Assembly: GCA_004764695.1 (NCBI GenBank)
Contig: SMSO01000031.1
Location: 1,154,436-1,218,435, forward strand
Length of the DNA: 64,000 bases
Direction: 5' to 3'
Source: Schizochytrium sp. TIO01
Lineage: Eukaryota; Protista; Bigyra: Labyrinthulomycetes
A model generated the notes under the pieces. It made no database searches. It saw nothing but the letters and a program-made list of their open reading frames with translations, and was not told where the DNA came from. Both the position numbers and the translations under genes were made by a program. Positions 59,233 through 64,000 of this stretch are shown piece after piece (the first letter of the stretch is position 1; each line of letters starts with the position of its first letter).

Positions 59233-62200
59233 TTGAAAGGTTTTCATTCATTTTAAACGAAGATAAACATTGGAAAAGGCGGCGAAAAGCAAAAGTGAAA
59301 GGAGAGAGAAAAAGGTTCCCAAAGGAAGCACGAGAAGCGAGAAATGCGTTAAAGCGGATCTCTGTGTAATTGCTGCAAATGCATGGGTTGCAAGCGACGT
59401 CAAAAGCAGACATGGCAGTCAATATGGCGCCAACTTGAAGGACGAACTGTAGGCGGATCCTAAGAGCAGCGCAGTGTGCGGCGCGGCGCCAAGCTTTGCG
59501 AGTGCTGCGGGAAACGAAAGCGTTGCAAACGGTCTGGGCGATGGCCGGGGTGGTTCTTTAACGAGGAACAACGCTCAGGTTTCGCTTTGGCAAACTTATA
59601 ACGTTGCTGTCTCGAACTTGGTTCTATCAATGCACCTTTCATCAGCCTAAGGAGGCTCGAGGTATGGAAGAGAGCAAAAGCAACAGAAGTCCACTCGAGA
59701 TCTCGGCATGCATTCAGCACTGCTAGCGTTTAGGTTAGTGGGCGAGTAGGGTGCACAGACTTGTAAAACCTTGGCACAAGAAAACACTCGCTTGGGCTTA
59801 CGGAGGAGCACCAGCGCCGCGCTGGAAAGCCACGCCTCGAGCAAACCCGCACGCGAGGGCGACATGGGAAATGCAGGTGCCACGTTCACCGTGTAGAGAG
59901 GCCACAGCACCAAGCAGAGCGGCACCGGTGGCGCTTGGAGAGGGGTCGCACGGCCAAGTGCGAGGAGGCTTCCCGGGCGAATCGGAACACCGTGTCCAGC
60001 TGTGCAAAAGGGGTGGCATACACAGAAGCTATTCGGAGAGACTGCGACCTCGAATCGAACGAAAAGAGATTTTCACGCATCGAACTCTCGCTCGCTCGCA
60101 GAGACTTCGTCACCAATGGCCGTGGAAGAGGATGGGATTTAAGGCTGTGCTCGACGATGTTTTGTTTGATGCCCGCAAAGAGCTGCCGTGGATAAGCAGC
60201 GCATCTCACCGCTGCAGTGCCTGAATACAATACTCGCATCGCTCACAGTCTCGTGGTGTGGTGCTCTCAAGATCGCCGAGAATCGTATCGATATCGCCAT
60301 CGTGGTCGATTCCCCCCTCGGTGAAATGCGCCCAAGCACGCCAGCTGAAAGTCCAGCACTGAAGAAGAAACCTAAGCACGCCTTGGAAGAGCCCGAGCTT
60401 TAAAAACTTGTATGCAAACCCTCATCCACTTCTTCATCTTCATCATCATCATCATCTTCATCTTCATCATTATCTGCTGCTGCTGCTGAATGAAGTCGGG
60501 AGCGACCGGAGCTTTTCAACTAAAAGCTTGCTGCTGAACTGGCGAAAAGCTGCGACCCAAATGTGCGAAGAAGCTGCTTCCAAATCGAGGCACACCCAGA
60601 ACTCGCAGAGCGCACCTCGCGTGGCAACATAGATCTATTTGACCGGGCTTGGAGCTCCGAGATCTGAGTGGATGGAGGTTCTTGCGATTCCACTTAGCGA
60701 GGCTCCCCTTTTAAGCCTCTGAGGCCCATTACACCGAGCGCAACCCATTTTGATCCTACCACGCGGCCTAGTGCTCCCCTAGGCGTGGGCTTAGTTCGGA
60801 GATTTGTGGACGAAGTGGAGAATACTTAAGAATGTCCCAGGTAGGTAGGTAGGTAGGCGCTGGCTATAGCGAGTTGAGGAATTTGGCTTGTGATAGATAA
60901 GCTCGCGAAGGAAACCCTGGCGAGAATGGGAGGTGGCTGGAGGGCTTGGAGCACCGGAGCGGTGACGATAGACCGCATGCACTTCGAATCGATGGTGACG
61001 CAGCGAGGAGGAGATCACAGTCGCCACAATTTTAATCCTAGACACACTTCAAGTTCCATCTTCATCGCAGTCTCTGCGCTCGAATTGAAGAAGGTATTAC
61101 CGCTACTGAATAGGTAAGTACGTAAGTACCGACTGGCTGTGAGAGAATATTATTATTAATGAAAACTTTTACTTTTGAACCATTTGTTTTGTTTGGTAGT
61201 CCAAGTAAAAAGGGCCTATTTGTCGGGGCTTTCTTTTCTTTTCTTTTCAGGGCAACGCAAAATAGAGCGATTTTGAGTTCTGATAAAAGCTGAGAGCGGG
61301 AAAGAACTGCGTCACGCTCAAGCAAAAAAAAAAAACTCTCTCCAGTTTCGATACACGCGTTTGAGCTTCACTCCGTCACAGAAATCGAGTCAGAGAATTG
61401 TTCAGGGGTTTGGGGGTCTGGGTAGATTTATCATGCGTAATTCTCCGTTGTCGCAAATGAACATTTGGAGGTTCTTGCTGCGTGTCCAGGCAAACCCAAA
61501 GTTCTGTCAGCGCATGTAGCCTGGAAAGGAGAAATGGTGGATGATTTGGCGTTCCGAGAATTCGTCGCATCTCGAGACTAGGCCTTGAACTAAGGGGTTT
61601 CTTAGATTTCATGAGAAAACGTTGGCGTTCTCTATGAATTTGCTAGAGACAACTGGTGGATTGGCCTCCAAAAAACGACTTTTTGAGGTCCAGGTGCACC
61701 AAATACGATGCATTCTGTCAATCACACTTTGATCCGCTCCCTCATATAGGCTCGTGTGCCTTTTGGCTTTCCCTGAATGCAATATCAATATGCCTTACGC
61801 ATAAAAACGGCAGTTGCTCTCTTTTTGTGTCAACAAAGGCACTTTTAGCTTCTCAGGCGCTTTTTCTGTTTTAAGCGTTCAGTCCGGCAAAGCCTGAATA
61901 AAATTGCAACACTAACTAGCTGGCAGGAGATCATAAAGAATGAGAAAAACAGAGAAACGAGAAAATACGTAGACGAAGTTCGAGAAAAAAGAGCAATCCT
62001 ACAATAGTCTTTTCGTCTCGTGAGCAACGCCTTCGACATTTTGAAAGATCTAAAGGAGAATATTGTGATGAACTAGATACGCTCGATAAAGCACTCCTTG
62101 GGCAACACAAGGGGTATTCATCAACCACAACGACCCGTGTCAGCTGAAGCATAGAAGATGCTTCGGCGATCATCTGTTTTATTTTCCAGTCCAGCAATCC

Positions 62201-63749
62201 ACCCATGTACCACACAATAGGACTCACGATCGCACGTAATCCCTCGTGTTGTTGTCTTACTATCTGAAACAGGTTGCTACACTTCAAGGTTCAACTTTAC
62301 GAGACCGAGTCGGGCAAACATTTTATTGTTCTGATTTTCCCTATGGCCGACGTGTATGGATGTCATCAAGTTCTAATATTATCTCATAGTTACTTGAATG
62401 GCAAACTAGTTAGGACGAGAGGGAGATCTTCAGACTTTTTCTTGTTTTCTTCTCCTGGTGCCAATTCGGCAAACCAGGAGTCTTCTTGGCGACTTTGACA
62501 TAAATAAAGGAGTTTATTTAATCCTAAAAGAGATCCCTCTTTCGAATTAAAATGAACACGAAAATGGAAAAGGCTGACAAAACGTAGAAAGTACAGGACT
62601 AAAGAAAGTCACATTCGAGATATAAATATTGCCCACTGAAGTGCTCAGAGATCTCACGGTAAATAACGATTCGCTTCGTCCACTGGCACCATCTTGCTCT
62701 ACACGAACCAGTACCTACAGGACCTAACAGAGACTTTTAACAACATGTTCCTTTCCTGTCAAAATAAAACATCCTGCATGTTCTGACACGAACCAGTAGC
62801 CCTTGTGAGTACTACAACGTATCCAACTGTAAGACCCTGGAGTTGGTATTTGAGGCAAGTTTTTCCATACCCACTGCTACCGCTTGCTATCTACTTCTAC
62901 CAAGGTCTCTATGATGGGCTGGTACGGGAAAAAACTAGGGAGAGTATAGTTTATTTAGTATGTCTGATTTCATCGTTGTTGTTTTTCCCCCTATCGCTAC
63001 GAGGGACAACTTGAACTTCATCCAAGTAAGTATTGGCCATACTCTCATGCTGCCTGTGGCATGCAAGCTGCCAGAAGCTTCGGGTCTCCAGCACAGCACC
63101 CAAAGACTGCCTTGGCTTCGTGTTGGTGGGCTTAAGGCCGAAAAGCACCTACCTGCCTAGGAGCCTGAGGTAGTCGCAGTGGAAAGACCAACCTTCGTGA
63201 GCAAGTGCGAAAAGAGTCAACCAATAGCTAGCTAGCTAGCTAGCTAGGTAGTTAGTATAGCCTACTGTTAGTGGCCTTGAGATAAATGCGTATACTATAG
63301 AGTAAACGCCATCGCAAGTGGGGTATAGCTCGCGAAAGAGAGTTATGTGGCACAGCAAGTGGGGTATAGAAAGCGAGAAATGAAGAAAGGAGGAGAGTCG
63401 GGAGGAAAACAAGGAAATCAAATTCAAATCGTGACCGCTCTGTGGCAAGCAGCTGTCGACGCATCTTTGTCTTTGCGCCCGCGAGAGCCTCCGGGCAGTA
63501 CCGAGAGGGGTTGCCTGCCCCTCACCACCTGATACTGCACCGACAGCTTGCGGAGCGAGCCTGCTGTGCGGCCCGGTTCCGCCGGCGGCGCCATCTGTTA
63601 TTGTCTGGCACTTAAGCTGGCCTTTGAATCCTTGGCGGACTCGGAGTACGAGGGAAACTGCGAACCATCGTGACGATCTCTGGCCTTTGAAACCCGTAGA
63701 GGCCCATAAGCGTGGAAGCTTCTCTTCTGGTGTTCAAGCGGCCCTCGCA

Positions 63750-64000
63750 ATGGTCGCAGCTTCCAAAGCGATCGCGAGTAAGAGGCCTGCGAAAAGTCAA
63801 GAGCGCCCTCAAGCAGTCTTGAGCTCCAGGTCCGTAAATGCTAAGTCACCATCGAGAGCCTCTTCGAAGGCAAAATCAGATGCAACCTCCTCTTCGTCCT
63901 CATCGTCCTCTTCACCACCAGCTTCTGCTGGCGCTGTCGATGGCACGACTTTGAGGGATGAGGATAAAGAAAACTCAGGCAAGCAAGTTCAGTTGCTGTA
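63750..64000 (+). CDS. 5' part of a gene running off the window (Ser/Lys-rich N-terminus with DKENS, a possible KEN box)
   Basis: ATG 63750 opens MVAASKAIASKRPAKSQERPQAVLSSRSVNAKSPSR...DEDKENSGKQVQLL with no stop before the window end; not in the ORF track. Confidence 0.5.
   Translation, partial: MVAASKAIASKRPAKSQERPQAVLSSRSVNAKSPSRASSKAKSDATSSSSSSSSSPPASAGAVDGTTLRDEDKENSGKQVQLL

Noticed and set aside
59930-59970. LGEGSHGQV as a protein-kinase glycine loop
   Set aside because: No VAIK, HRD or DFG motifs follow in any frame I could read.

Overview
Gene-dense, intron-poor eukaryotic DNA with long tetranucleotide microsatellites. It probably comes from a flagellated protist; a thraustochytrid/labyrinthulomycete-like stramenopile is my inference, not something the sequence proves. 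Recognisable genes are a RanBP2-type zinc-finger protein, WDR75/UTP17, tRNA-Phe(GAA), serine palmitoyltransferase LCB2, an extended SDR, an alpha/beta hydrolase, gamma-tubulin (2 introns), a UBXN7-like protein, NDUFAF1/CIA30, dynein intermediate chain DNAI1 (1 intron), an ENT transporter, an ACAD10/11-like kinase fusion, an NSD-like SET methyltransferase and a SLC26/SulP transporter. Six apparent single-base frameshifts split five otherwise coherent genes and are most likely assembly errors. Two architectures stand out. (1) 20356-21936: signal peptide + intact intein-like Hint domain (C...TPDH...HN|K) + G/S/Y low-complexity segment + Cys-rich ectodomain + TM helix + cytoplasmic zinc finger, a candidate self-processing surface receptor. 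(2) 35829-38204: a Cys-less pentameric ligand-gated ion channel with an N-terminal bacterial-type Ig-like domain, an apparent fifth TM helix and a C-terminal SAM domain. All domain calls are by eye from motifs; no searches were run.
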